Notes under the pieces: generated by a model
The model's input: the letters and a program-made list of their open reading frames with translations, nothing else
Told to the model about the DNA's origin: nothing
Databases searched by the model: none
Program-made: the position numbers and the translations under genes
Part shown: positions 24,821 to 34,837 of the stretch, in pieces
Position numbering within the stretch: position 1 is the stretch's first letter
Layout: each line of letters starts with the position of its first letter
Assembly (NCBI GenBank): GCA_963643205.1
Contig: CAVIJJ010000002.1
Location: 1,256-65,255, forward strand
DNA: 64,000 bases
Direction of reading: 5' to 3'
Source: a bacterium
Lineage (GTDB): Bacteria > Bacillota > Clostridia > Christensenellales > CAG-138

Positions 24821-25673
24821 AGAAAAGAGCAAGCGCCCCGGGACCCACGTGCGCGCCGGTTACCGGCTCGTAACAAACGGTGAGTACGCGCTTTGGCGGA
24901 TTATTCGCGTTCAAAAGCTCTATAAGCGCGGCGGCATCGCCCGGGCAATCCGCCTGCGCTATGCCTATTGTCTGCTCACCCGCGTTTTCAACAAGCTCAT
25001 CGTATTTCGCGGCTATGGCTTTTATAGAGGCCTTGCGCCCGCGCACCTTTTGAAAGCATACTATCTTGCCCTCGTTATTGCCCTTAAGAAGGGGCTTTAT
25101 GTTCAATACGCTTCCTATCATGGCGGCTATGTTTGAAAGCCTGCCGGTGCGCCTTAGGTGCATAATATCGTCAACCGTGAACACCTGGCACATTTTTTGC
25201 CGCTCTTCTTTTATTGTGGCCGCTATCTCTTCTATATCAGCGCCGCTCTTTCTCATCTCGCCCGCGCGTATAACAAAAAGACCCTCGCCCAATGAGGCGC
25301 CAAGAGTATCTATTGTTATAATCTTTCTTTCGGGATATTCTTCCTTAAGCTCGCGCGCCGCGGTTTCGGCGGAGGAAAACGATCCGCTTATGCCGGAGGA
25401 CATGCCTACAAAAAGTATATCAAGCCCCTGCTTCAAAAAGGGCTCCATGTATTCAATATATCTGTGAGGGGTGACCTGAGAGGTGGTGGCATTGGCGCCC
25501 GCGCGTATTGCGCCATAGTAAGCCGCGCCGTCAAAGGCGGCTATATCCATGCAGGTGTGCTCCTCGCCGTTAAGGTAATAATTAAAGGGTATAACGCCTA
25601 TATCGTAAGATGAAATTACGTCCGGCTCCAGGTTTGCCGAGGTATCGGTCATGAGCTTGAACAAAATATGCAC
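24792..25673 (-). CDS. DegV family fatty-acid-binding protein
   Basis: 293 aa with a typical DegV sequence (TDTSANL...SSGISGSF...). It is paired divergently with a DUF1836 gene, as is common in Firmicutes. Confidence 0.9.
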   Translation of the reverse strand: MHILFKLMTDTSANLEPDVISSYDIGVIPFNYYLNGEEHTCMDIAAFDGAAYYGAIRAGANATTSQVTPHRYIEYMEPFLKQGLDILFVGMSSGISGSFSSAETAARELKEEYPERKIITIDTLGASLGEGLFVIRAGEMRKSGADIEEIAATIKEERQKMCQVFTVDDIMHLRRTGRLSNIAAMIGSVLNIKPLLKGNNEGKIVCFQKVRGRKASIKAIAAKYDELVENAGEQTIGIAQADCPGDAAALIELLNANNPPKRVLTVCYEPVTGAHVGPGALALFFMGSSREGI

Positions 25674-25814
25674 CTCCGTTTAATCTTGTGTACCATATTA
25701 GATTAGCACGAGTACTACGATATGTCAAGTGCGCCGGAACAACAGATAGATTGCAATTTCGCGGAATATATGATATATTCTATTACACTGAATTTTAGCG
25801 CGGAGGTTGGGGAA

Positions 25815-26420
25815 ATGGCGTACGATAAGGAACTTATCGCAGGTAAGCTCAGGCGATGGGAAAAATATCTTAATCGCTTCAGGCTGCCGCAGTGGGAGGA
25901 TATCCCGGACTTTGGCCTGTATATGGAGCAGGTAATAGTCCTGCTTAAGGAATATCTGGATTATCTGCCGCCGGAGCTTAAGGAGGAGCAGATAATTACC
26001 GCCGCCGCCATAAATAATTATGTTCGCACAAAGGTTATGCCCGGCCCGAACAAAAAGAAGTATTACCGAATTCATATAGCGTACCTTATAATAATCTGCT
26101 CGCTTAAGCAAAACCTAAGCCTTGCGATGCTGCAAAGGATTATCCCCATGGGCATAGAGGAGGACGAGGTAAAGGAAATATATGTTTCGTTCGCCAAGCG
26201 CCATAACCTTGCCGCGCAATATTTTGTTGAGCAGGTGCGTTTGGCCGCTGGAAGCATACTGGGGCACGATGAAAAGAGCGAGCTGGACGCTAAGGATACG
26301 AACGACATGATAACATTCGCCGCGGTTATAAGCGCCTTTTCAAGGCTGCTTGCGGAAAAGCTGCTGCTCCTTGACGGCAAAACGCTTGAGAACGGCGGAA
26401 GCGTGGAAATAGAGGAATAG
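25815..26420 (+). CDS. DUF1836 domain protein
   Basis: MAYDKELIAGKLRRWEKYL...WEDIPDFGLYMEQV...INNYVRTKVMPGPNKKKY matches the DUF1836 pattern. The start is at ATG 25815, after GGAGG. Confidence 0.7.
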   Translation: MAYDKELIAGKLRRWEKYLNRFRLPQWEDIPDFGLYMEQVIVLLKEYLDYLPPELKEEQIITAAAINNYVRTKVMPGPNKKKYYRIHIAYLIIICSLKQNLSLAMLQRIIPMGIEEDEVKEIYVSFAKRHNLAAQYFVEQVRLAAGSILGHDEKSELDAKDTNDMITFAAVISAFSRLLAEKLLLLDGKTLENGGSVEIEE

Positions 26421-26430
26421 GAATCAAATC

Positions 26431-26460
26431 AAAAAAAGGCAGCCGAGGCTGCCTTTTAGT
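26431..26460. terminator. Bidirectional terminator
   Basis: AAAAAAAGGCAGCC-gag-GCTGCCTTTT between convergent genes. Confidence 0.8.
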
Positions 26461-26470
26461 ATACCCTTAA

Positions 26471-27118
26471 TTACTCTTCAAAGAACGCTACAGCCCTTAT
26501 CGGCGCGCCGTCCGCCTTTTCCCATTTAAGGGGCAGGGCGAAGAACCAGAAGGGAGCCTTGCCGCACTTGTCAAGATTGGTGAGATTTTCTATGTTTACA
26601 ATCTCGTGCTCCTTAAAAAGCTTTTTGTGGCGCGGCAGATCCGCGTCGGGTATGGGATCAACGCCTATTACGTCGAATCCTATGCCCTTTTTGTTTGTGG
26701 CAAGTATAAAATCAACCACATCGTCATCTATGCAGGGGTAGTCGCCGTAGTAAGCGGGCGTTCCCCAGCGCTTGTCCCAGCCAAGGTTAAAAAGGAGATA
26801 GTCCGCTTTTTCGGCATCCTCTCGCTGAGAAGCAAGCTCCTTCATGGTTATGGCCTCGCCCTCGTTAAGGTGGCGGCAGTCTATAACAACCGCCTTGCCT
26901 ACAAACTGGCTTACGGGGAAAGCGTCAAGCGTGGTGCGGTCCGCGAAAAGGTGCGCCGGGGGATCAACGTGCGTTCCCGTGTGGGAATACATGCTTATAA
27001 GGGTTTCCTTAAAGCCGTCCTTTTCGTAGCTGTTAGCGGGATCAAGCCTCGGCGGCTCGGTTCCGGGGTAAACGGGCATAGTTTCGGATATGGTGTGGGT
27101 CAGGTCTATTACCTTCAT
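26471..27118 (-). CDS. Cyclase-family protein (kynurenine formamidase-like)
   Basis: 215 aa with the HTGTHVDPPAH metal-binding motif of the putative cyclase family. Confidence 0.8.
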   Translation of the reverse strand: MKVIDLTHTISETMPVYPGTEPPRLDPANSYEKDGFKETLISMYSHTGTHVDPPAHLFADRTTLDAFPVSQFVGKAVVIDCRHLNEGEAITMKELASQREDAEKADYLLFNLGWDKRWGTPAYYGDYPCIDDDVVDFILATNKKGIGFDVIGVDPIPDADLPRHKKLFKEHEIVNIENLTNLDKCGKAPFWFFALPLKWEKADGAPIRAVAFFEE

Positions 27119-27133
27119 TTCATTGCCTGAGGC

Positions 27134-28936
27134 TTACGCCATCAGCTCCTCCATTTCGTCCAAAAGTTCGTTGAAAAGCTTCAGCGCGTCGTTTACGGGC
27201 GCGGCGGTTGTCATATCAACACCCGCAAGCTTAAGTATGCTTATCGGATCCATGCTGCATCCGGCGGAAAGGAACTTCTTGTAATCGCTTACGGCGGTTT
27301 CGCCTTCCGTAAGTATGCGATTCGCTATGGCGCAGGCCGCGGAGAAGCCGGTCGCGTACTGGAACACATAGAAATTATAAAAGAAGTGCGGTATGCGCGC
27401 CCATTCCTCGGCAATTTCCTTATCAACGGTTATGCCGTCGCCAAAGTAGAACTTGTTCAGCTCGTAATACTTCTCGCAAAGCGCGTCCGCGGTAAGCGCG
27501 GCGCCGGATTCCGCAAGCTGGCTCATATAAAGCTCAAACTCCGCAAACATTGTCTGGCGGTAAAGCGTGCCGCGGAAGCTTTCAAGGAAGTGATTTATAA
27601 GGTACGCGCGCTCACGCTTGTCGGTGGTGTTGTTAAGAAGGTACTTCATAAGCAGCACCTCGTTGCAGGTGGAAGCAACCTCGGCCACGAATATAACGTA
27701 GTTCGCGTTGCAGGGCGGCTGATTCTTTATGGAATAATAGGTGTGCAGGGAGTGGCCCATCTCGTGCGCTATGGTGAACATGCTGTCCAGCGTGTCCTGA
27801 TGATTAAGCAGCACATAAGGATGCGGATCTCCGCCGGAGGAATAAGCGCCGCCGCGCTTGCCCTCGTTTTCATAAACGTCTATCCAGCGGTTGTTGAAGC
27901 CCTCTTTAAGTATGCTTATATAGTCCTCGCCAAGCGGCGCAAGGGCCTTTATAACAATCTCCTTGGCCTCCTCGTAGGGGAATTTCTTGTTGGCGTCGTT
28001 CACTATGGGCGTATAGAGATCATACATGTGAAGCTCGTCAACCTTCATCAGCTTCTTGCGCAGGTTAACGTATTTGTGCATGTATTCTATGTTGTTGTGC
28101 ACGGCCTCTATAAGGTTGTGATAAACCTGCACGGGAACCTCGGTATTGTCAAGCGCGGCCTCAAGGGTTGAGTTATAGTGCCTTGCGCGGGCGTTGAATA
28201 TAAGCGCCTTCATCTGCCCGTCAAGGAAAGCGGCGGTGGTGTTCTTAAAGCTTGCGTATGTGTGATAAAGCGATTCAAACGCGGCCTTTCTAACGTTAAC
28301 GTCCGGGCTTTCAAGAAGCGGCACGTATGAGCCTTGGGTTACCTGAAGCGTGTTGCCCTCGGAATCCTGAATATCGGGGAAGCGCAGGTCCGCGTTGCGG
28401 AAAGCGGAGCCTATTTCACCCGGCGCTTCGCATATCTGCCCGGCAAGAGCCAAAATGCGCTCCTCAGCGTCGCTTAATGTATGCGCTTTGCGGCGGCGCA
28501 TTCTCTCAAGCAGCCTTTTATATTCGTTAAGCTCGGGCTTTTCCTTCATAAAGCTTTCAAGCTTGGCGTCGTCAATGGCTATGATTTCGGGCGTTACGAA
28601 TGAAAACGCGCTTTCAAGAGCTACGGCGTAGCTCATAAGCTTGCCCTTCATGGCGTTATAAAAGCTGTTTGACGTATCCTCGTCGGATTTGCGCATTGCG
28701 TAGGTGGCGAGAAGATTGGTTTTGCGGTCGAATTCATCCTGCGCTTTAAGGTAGGCATAGAGGGTGTCCGCGCTTTCGCCGAGCTTACCCTTAAAGTTGT
28801 CCGATAGTGATATAGCCTGCTTTGCTTCCTCAAGCGCCTTTTCCCAAAGCTCGTCGGAGGCGAAAATATCCTCGGTCGCCCAGGTGTATTTCTTTTCTAC
28901 TTCGCTGCGCTTGGGTATCTTTTTCTGTGCTGCCAT
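27134..28936 (-). CDS. pepF: Oligoendopeptidase F (M3B)
   Basis: 600 aa with the zinc motif HEMGH, and PepF-like throughout. Confidence 0.9.
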   Translation of the reverse strand: MAAQKKIPKRSEVEKKYTWATEDIFASDELWEKALEEAKQAISLSDNFKGKLGESADTLYAYLKAQDEFDRKTNLLATYAMRKSDEDTSNSFYNAMKGKLMSYAVALESAFSFVTPEIIAIDDAKLESFMKEKPELNEYKRLLERMRRRKAHTLSDAEERILALAGQICEAPGEIGSAFRNADLRFPDIQDSEGNTLQVTQGSYVPLLESPDVNVRKAAFESLYHTYASFKNTTAAFLDGQMKALIFNARARHYNSTLEAALDNTEVPVQVYHNLIEAVHNNIEYMHKYVNLRKKLMKVDELHMYDLYTPIVNDANKKFPYEEAKEIVIKALAPLGEDYISILKEGFNNRWIDVYENEGKRGGAYSSGGDPHPYVLLNHQDTLDSMFTIAHEMGHSLHTYYSIKNQPPCNANYVIFVAEVASTCNEVLLMKYLLNNTTDKRERAYLINHFLESFRGTLYRQTMFAEFELYMSQLAESGAALTADALCEKYYELNKFYFGDGITVDKEIAEEWARIPHFFYNFYVFQYATGFSAACAIANRILTEGETAVSDYKKFLSAGCSMDPISILKLAGVDMTTAAPVNDALKLFNELLDEMEELMA

Positions 28937-29206
28937 AGTGTGCGTATATCTCCTTTGTTATATTTAACTGAGGTGTTAAAGTTATTGTACCATGTTTTCG
29001 CCCATGGGGCATCAATTTTTAATTATTAAGCCGTTAAATAAGTTTGCTTTGCTTAAACGGGCTTTTGAGGGTTCACAAAACCGATTCCAAATGATATGCT
29101 GATACAGTCGACATGCCGAAATTAAGGCATGTTCGCAGAAAATAAAAATTTATCCGCGCGCAACTTTTTAACCGCTTGCCGCGTTATATGAACAGGAGGG
29201 ATGATA

Positions 29207-29710
29207 ATGGCGCGAATGGAATTCGAAGCCATCTATAAGGCCTTTTCCCGCATGGTATATTGGGCTGCTTACGGCGTTACCAAAAGCGAAAGTGACGCCT
29301 GCGACATTACGCAGGAAACGTTTATACGTGCCCTTAAGTACCTGGATAAGCTTAATGAAATGGAAGAGGCGCAGATTAAAGCCTGGCTTTACAGGGTGTG
29401 CGTGAACCTGTGCATGGATTCCAAAAGAAAACTTAAGCACGAGCAGCCAAGCGATGAACTGCCCGAAACCGCCGTTGAAAACGAATACGAGCTGCCGGAG
29501 GCGGCCGCGCTTAACGCGGAGGGGCGGCGGGAGATAAGGCAGGCTGTTGACGATCTGCCGGATATTTACCGCGAAACGGTAACGCTCCATTATTTTTCGG
29601 GGCTTCAATACAGCGAAATAGCTTCCCTGCATGGCGTTAGCGAGGGAACGGTAAAATCCAGAATATCCAGAGCCAAATCAAGGCTCGCTGAACTGTTGAA
29701 AAGGAGGTGA
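29207..29710 (+). CDS. ECF-type sigma-70 family sigma factor
   Basis: Region 2 reads DITQETFIRALKY and the region 4 HTH reads YSEIASLHGVSEGTVKSRISRAKSRL. ATG 29207 was preferred over 29201 because of the spacing to AGGAGGG. Confidence 0.85.
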   Translation: MARMEFEAIYKAFSRMVYWAAYGVTKSESDACDITQETFIRALKYLDKLNEMEEAQIKAWLYRVCVNLCMDSKRKLKHEQPSDELPETAVENEYELPEAAALNAEGRREIRQAVDDLPDIYRETVTLHYFSGLQYSEIASLHGVSEGTVKSRISRAKSRLAELLKRR

Positions 29711-29715
29711 CGGGC

Positions 29716-30423
29716 ATGGAAAACAATAATGATGCGATTAAGCGCGACGCGCTGGACGAGCTGCTTTTCGGCATTGCGGACGAGGCCGACAGGGGCGTTG
29801 ATTACGATGCCATGCTCGAAACCATAAAGAAAAAGGCATCCGCACGCAAAAAACGCGCCGGATTCGTGAAATACGGCACCATGGCGGCCGTGGCGGTTAT
29901 AATGCTTGCCGTTGGTGGAATGTGGATAAGAGAGAACGCGCTTGTTTCGTACGATACGGCGGCGGCAGCGGACAAGGCCGTAATGCAGAGCGAATCCGCT
30001 GAATGCGTTGAAAGCGTATATGATGGCTATGACACGAACGTGGATTACGCCTCCGGTGATACCGCGCCGGCCGTAGGCTATTCATATTCCGATTCGGACG
30101 GATACGAAAGCAGCGCCGTAACAAGCGCGACCACGTCCGCTGCGGCGGAAGCGGAAGAATACATACAGTGCTTCTATCAGGATATGGTATTGCCGGCGAT
30201 TGACTTCGGCACATATTACGAGTTCACGCTTGATGACGAAACGGGACTTGAGCTGAAAATATACGGCTGCGCCGAGGAAGACGCCGAATATTACCTTAAA
30301 GAGACAGCCGCTATTTACGGAGTGAACGCGGACATGAACGCCATGAATATGGTAAGCGATAACGGCATTACCGTTGCGCTTTCGCTTGATGGGGACACGC
30401 TTACCGTATCGGCGCAAAAATAA
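29716..30423 (+). CDS. Putative anti-sigma factor (single-pass membrane protein)
   Basis: It is translationally coupled to the sigma gene (AAGGAGG 8 nt upstream of ATG 29716). It has a cytoplasmic N-terminus, one TM helix (TMAAVAVIMLAVGGMWI) and an extracytoplasmic domain. The assignment is by context only. Confidence 0.5.
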   Translation: MENNNDAIKRDALDELLFGIADEADRGVDYDAMLETIKKKASARKKRAGFVKYGTMAAVAVIMLAVGGMWIRENALVSYDTAAAADKAVMQSESAECVESVYDGYDTNVDYASGDTAPAVGYSYSDSDGYESSAVTSATTSAAAEAEEYIQCFYQDMVLPAIDFGTYYEFTLDDETGLELKIYGCAEEDAEYYLKETAAIYGVNADMNAMNMVSDNGITVALSLDGDTLTVSAQK

Positions 30424-30437
30424 GCACAAAACCGAAT

Positions 30438-30468
30438 GAAGAGGCTTCTTGGCAAGCCTCTTTTTTTA
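30438..30468 (+). terminator. Rho-independent terminator
   Basis: GAGGCTT-cttggc-AAGCCTC followed by TTTTTTT. Confidence 0.8.
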
Positions 30469-30553
30469 TTGACAAAAGCAGGGCAAAAGCTTAGACTTTT
30501 CATATATTATAGAATGGCTTGCCGTGGGCCTGTACCCAAGGAGGAGAAATACC

Positions 30554-32572
30554 GTGGAAGCAAATAAAAAGTTTTATATTACAACCCCTATCTATTACCC
30601 CAGCGCTAAGCTGCACATAGGCCACGCTTACTGTACTGTGGCTACGGACGTTATAGCCAGGTATAAGCGCATGCAGGGCTATGATGTGATGTTCCTTACC
30701 GGAACCGATGAGCATGGCCAGAAAATAGAGGAAAAGGCAAAGGCGGCGGGCGTTACCCCGCAGCAGTTTGTTGACAATATAGTTTTGGGCAAGGGCGGCG
30801 TAAAGGATCTTTGGAACCTTATGAACATTTCAAACGATCGCTTTATCCGCACAACCGACGATTATCATGTTGCCGCGATACAGAAGATATTCAAAAAGAT
30901 GTATGAAAACGGCGATATTTACAAGGGAAAGTACGTTGGCAAATACTGCACCCCCTGCGAGAGCTTCTGGACGGAAAGCCAGCTTGTTGACGGCAAGTGC
31001 CCGGACTGCGGCAGGGAAGTGAAGGACGCGGAGGAGGAAGCGTATTTCTTCCGCCTTTCAAAGTATGCCGAGCCTGTAAGGAAGCTGCTGCTTGAGGGCA
31101 ATTTCCTTGAGCCTGCCAGCCGCGTAAACGAGATGGTAAAGAATTTTATAGATCCCGGCCTTGAGGACCTGTGCGTAAGCCGCACAAGCTTCACCTGGGG
31201 CGTTCCCGTGGATTTTGACCCCGGCCATGTTGTATACGTTTGGGTTGACGCGCTGTTTAATTACTGCACCGCGCTCGGCTTTATGAACGACAAGTATCCC
31301 GAATCGGACTTTGAAAAGTTCTGGCCCGCGGATGTGCACATGGTCGGCAAGGAAATAGTCCGTTTCCATTCCATTATATGGCCCGCAATGCTCATGAGCA
31401 TGGGTATGCCCCTGCCCAAAAAGATTTTCGGCCACGGCTGGCTTCTGCTTGGCGGCGGCAAGATGAGCAAATCCAAGGGCAACGTGGTTGATCCTTATAT
31501 ACTTTCCGAGCGTTTCGGCGTGGATGCCCTGCGCTTCTACCTTATGCGCGAGTTCCCGCTCGGTTCGGACGGCAACTTCTCAAACGAGCTGCTTATTTCC
31601 CGCATAAATTCAGAGCTTGCCAACGACCTTGGCAACCTGCTCAGCCGCTCCGTCGCAATGGTTGAAAAATACTTTGGCGGCACTATTCCCGAAGAGCGCA
31701 AGGCCGATGCCGCGGATGATGAGCTTATAGGCATGGTTAAGGAGCTTAGGGGCAAATACGAGCAGCTTATGGACAAATTCGGCACGCAGGACGCCATTAT
31801 CGAGGTGTTCCGCGTAATATCAAGGGCCAATAAATACATTGACGAAACAGCTCCCTGGGTGCTTGCGAAGGATATGGAAGCGAACGGCGCAAGGCTTGCC
31901 GCGGTTATGTATAACCTTATCGAAACCCTGCGCGTATGCCTTACCCTGCTTACTCCCTTTATACCGCAAAGCGTGGAGAAGGGCTTCATGCAGATAGGCG
32001 CCGCAAAGGAAGACACAACCTGGGAAGCGGCCGCCGAGTGGGGCAGGATGAAGAACGTTACCGTGCACAAGGGCGAGGCTCTTTTCCCGAGAATTGACAT
32101 GAAGAAAGAGCTTGAGGCGCTTGAGAAGCTGGAGCATAGCGAGGAGCAGAAGCAGGAGAAAAAGGAAGCCAAGCCCGAGCAGAAGCAGGAAAAGAAGGAA
32201 GTTAAGGCCGAGGAAAAGACCGACGACGGCTACATTTCATTTGATGATTTTGAAAAGGTAAAGCTGCGCGTTGCGGTTGTTAAAAACTGCGAATTTGTAC
32301 CCAAAAGCGAAAAGCTGCTTAAGTTCACGCTGGACATGGGCAACAACGAGGAGCGCACAATACTTTCCGGCATCCGCAAGTGGTATCAGCAGCCCGAGGA
32401 GCTTATAGGCAGGCGCGTTATAGCCTGCGTAAACCTTAAACCCCGCAAGATGGTTGGCATTATGAGCGAGGGCATGCTGCTTAGCGCCTTTACGCCCACG
32501 GCGGACGGAGGGGAGGAGCTTAGGCTTCTTTCAACCGAGGATATTATGCCCGGCGGCAGCGAGGTAGGTTAA
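30554..32572 (+). CDS. metG: Methionine--tRNA ligase with C-terminal tRNA-binding domain
   Basis: GTG 30554 lies after AAGGAGGAG. HIGH motif (KLHIGHAY), KMSKS motif, a Cys knuckle (CTPCESF...CPDCG) and a duplicated KE-rich linker EQKQEKKE(A/V)K precede the Trbp111/EMAP-like domain. Confidence 0.9.
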   Translation: MEANKKFYITTPIYYPSAKLHIGHAYCTVATDVIARYKRMQGYDVMFLTGTDEHGQKIEEKAKAAGVTPQQFVDNIVLGKGGVKDLWNLMNISNDRFIRTTDDYHVAAIQKIFKKMYENGDIYKGKYVGKYCTPCESFWTESQLVDGKCPDCGREVKDAEEEAYFFRLSKYAEPVRKLLLEGNFLEPASRVNEMVKNFIDPGLEDLCVSRTSFTWGVPVDFDPGHVVYVWVDALFNYCTALGFMNDKYPESDFEKFWPADVHMVGKEIVRFHSIIWPAMLMSMGMPLPKKIFGHGWLLLGGGKMSKSKGNVVDPYILSERFGVDALRFYLMREFPLGSDGNFSNELLISRINSELANDLGNLLSRSVAMVEKYFGGTIPEERKADAADDELIGMVKELRGKYEQLMDKFGTQDAIIEVFRVISRANKYIDETAPWVLAKDMEANGARLAAVMYNLIETLRVCLTLLTPFIPQSVEKGFMQIGAAKEDTTWEAAAEWGRMKNVTVHKGEALFPRIDMKKELEALEKLEHSEEQKQEKKEAKPEQKQEKKEVKAEEKTDDGYISFDDFEKVKLRVAVVKNCEFVPKSEKLLKFTLDMGNNEERTILSGIRKWYQQPEELIGRRVIACVNLKPRKMVGIMSEGMLLSAFTPTADGGEELRLLSTEDIMPGGSEVG

Positions 32573-33102
32573 TGGAGCTTGTTCCGCTGAAAAACGGAAA
32601 ATGGCTTACCGTACGCCCGGCGGAGCCAAGTGACGCGGCGGATTACATGGCGTTTTCGCGCGTGGTAGGCGGCGAAACCGATTACCTTATGATTGATTGC
32701 CACGGCTTTGCGGGCTCGGTTGAGGACAAGGCGAAGTATCTCAGTGCCGCCCTCGCGGACAGACGGTATTGCGTAATGCTTGCCCTTATAGAGGGCGAGA
32801 TTGTGGGCGTTTGCACCGTTTCCCCTATGGGGCGCGGCAGGGCGAGCGGCAACGCCATGTTTGGCATAGCCGTAGTGAAAAGCTGCTGGAAGCTTGGCAT
32901 AGGCGCGATACTTACGGTTATCGCCAAGGACTATGCCGAGCAGGCCGGCTACCATAAAATTTGCCTTGACGTGCGCGCGGATAACGAGCGGGCGATAAGG
33001 CTTTACAAGCGCTTTGGTTTTGAGCAGTGCGGCCTTAAAAAGGAACAGCTGCTTGTAAACGGCGTGTATTATGACGAAATAATGATGGAACTGATGCTAT
33101 GA
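32572..33102 (+). CDS. GNAT family N-acetyltransferase
   Basis: 176 aa with a VVKSCWKLGIGAIL acetyl-CoA site. There is a TAATG overlap with metG. Confidence 0.8.
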   Translation: MELVPLKNGKWLTVRPAEPSDAADYMAFSRVVGGETDYLMIDCHGFAGSVEDKAKYLSAALADRRYCVMLALIEGEIVGVCTVSPMGRGRASGNAMFGIAVVKSCWKLGIGAILTVIAKDYAEQAGYHKICLDVRADNERAIRLYKRFGFEQCGLKKEQLLVNGVYYDEIMMELML

Positions 33103-33866
33103 GATTTTTTGATACTCACGCGCATTTGAACGACGAAAGCTTTGACGGGGACAGGGAAGAGATTATACCATATCTTCATTCCGCGGGAGCCGAGCTTATA
33201 CTGGATATCGCCTGCGCGATGGGGGATTTTGAAAAAACGCTCGGCATAACGGCGAAATATCCCTTTATATACGGCGCCTACGGCATACATCCGCATTACG
33301 CTTCGGACCCCGGCGCGGACTGGGAGAAGAATCTCAGGCTTGCACTAAAGGACAAAAAGGCCGTGTGCCTGGGCGAGATAGGCCTTGATTATCACTATGA
33401 TCTTTCCGAAAAGGAGGATCAGAAAAGACTGTTTGATTATCAGCTGAAAATGGCGAAGGAGCTTGATCTGCCCGTGTCGCTGCACATAAGGGAAGCCTTT
33501 GGCGACGCTATGAGCATACTAAACGCGAACAGGGAGGGACTTAAGGGCGTTATGCATTGCTTCAGCGGCAGCGTTGAAACCGCGCGTGAATGCCTGGACA
33601 TGGGGCTTTATATCGCGCTCGGCGGGGCGGTAACGTTCAAAAACGCCGTAAAACCGATAGAGGTTGCCAAATACGTGCCGCAGGATAGGCTTCTTCTTGA
33701 AACGGATTGTCCGTATATGGCGCCGGTACCCTATCGCGGCAAGCGGAACGACCCTTCGCTGGTTCCGGTAATAGCGCGGTGCATAGCCGATGCCCGCGGC
33801 GAGGACGCGGAGGAGCTTATGCAAAAATGCCTTGAAAACGGCAAAAGATTATTCGGCATATCGTAA
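33099..33866 (+). CDS. TatD family metal-dependent hydrolase
   Basis: FDTHAHL N-terminal motif, GEIGLDYHY and LETDCPYM. It lies downstream of metG, as in many Firmicutes. Confidence 0.9.
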   Translation: MRFFDTHAHLNDESFDGDREEIIPYLHSAGAELILDIACAMGDFEKTLGITAKYPFIYGAYGIHPHYASDPGADWEKNLRLALKDKKAVCLGEIGLDYHYDLSEKEDQKRLFDYQLKMAKELDLPVSLHIREAFGDAMSILNANREGLKGVMHCFSGSVETARECLDMGLYIALGGAVTFKNAVKPIEVAKYVPQDRLLLETDCPYMAPVPYRGKRNDPSLVPVIARCIADARGEDAEELMQKCLENGKRLFGIS

Positions 33867-33906
33867 CTGACCGGCATGAAACGCCGGCAAAAATATAAAA
33901 CGGGAG

Positions 33907-34488
33907 ATGAATTCCAATATGGCACAGGTAACCATGGAGCAGGCCGAAAGGCTTATTAAGGCAAATGTTACGGAGCAGCATCTTTTTACCCACGCTCGTG
34001 CCGTAAGCGCGGCTATGGGCGCGATGGCGGAACATTTCGGCGAGGATAAGGCGCACTGGGAAGCGGTTGGCTATCTTCACGATGTGGATTACGAAAAGTT
34101 CCCAACCGAGCACCTTGCGCATACAAGGGAACTGCTCGCGGGCGAGGATATAGACGAAAGCGATATCCGCGCGATTCTCTCGCACGGCTATGGGCTTTGC
34201 AGCGACGTTAAGCCCGAAACCAACATGGAAAAGAGCCTTTTCACGGTTGATGAGCTTACGGGCATTGTGCAGGCGGCATCGCTTATGCGCCCAACGGGCA
34301 TAACCGATTTGGAAGTGAAGAGCCTTAAAAAGAAATATAAGGACAAGAAATTTGCCGCCAAGTGCAGCCGAGAGGTTATAGACAGCGGCTGCGCCATGCT
34401 GGGCATGCCTATAGAGGACGTTATGGCCATAGTGATAAAGGGTATGCAGGCTTACGCGGATGAGCTTGGAATAGGGGCAAAAGAGTAA
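33907..34488 (+). CDS. HD domain phosphohydrolase
   Basis: H...HD signature (THARAV ... GYLHDVDY). The start is either 33907 or 33919. Confidence 0.7.
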   Translation: MNSNMAQVTMEQAERLIKANVTEQHLFTHARAVSAAMGAMAEHFGEDKAHWEAVGYLHDVDYEKFPTEHLAHTRELLAGEDIDESDIRAILSHGYGLCSDVKPETNMEKSLFTVDELTGIVQAASLMRPTGITDLEVKSLKKKYKDKKFAAKCSREVIDSGCAMLGMPIEDVMAIVIKGMQAYADELGIGAKE

Positions 34489-34498
34489 ATAACAGCGT

Positions 34499-34535
34499 GC
34501 GGCACCGGGGCTTCGGCAGGGTGCCGCTTTTTTTA
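34499..34535 (+). terminator. Rho-independent terminator
   Basis: GCGGCACC-loop-GGTGCCGC followed by TTTTTTT. Confidence 0.8.
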
Positions 34536-34772
34536 GGGCAACTTACTTTATCAAGCTTGGAATATCTCCAAAAAGTCGGATTTCAAGTACTGTACAACCA
34601 AATTATCTCAGTCCCGTACCCCTCGCGGAGCGATCGTTTCAAATGGGGTAGGGGGTCGCCAGGGGACCTAGGGGAAGAAATCGAAATCTTCCCCGGCCCC
34701 TTGGCATAAATAAAGCCGGGCTTGCGGTAAAGTAAGCTTTATAATTCCAAAGCTGGGATATTACTATATTTA

Positions 34773-34818
34773 GCAAAAGAGCAGACGAAGGAGATTATAA
34801 CTCACCTCGTCTGCTCTT
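34773..34818 (-). terminator. Hairpin terminator downstream of trpS
   Basis: AAGAGCAGACGA ... TCGTCTGCTCTT (12-bp stem) with a short T-run on the minus strand. Confidence 0.6.
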
Positions 34819-34837
34819 AAATTCAATTAAATTTGCC

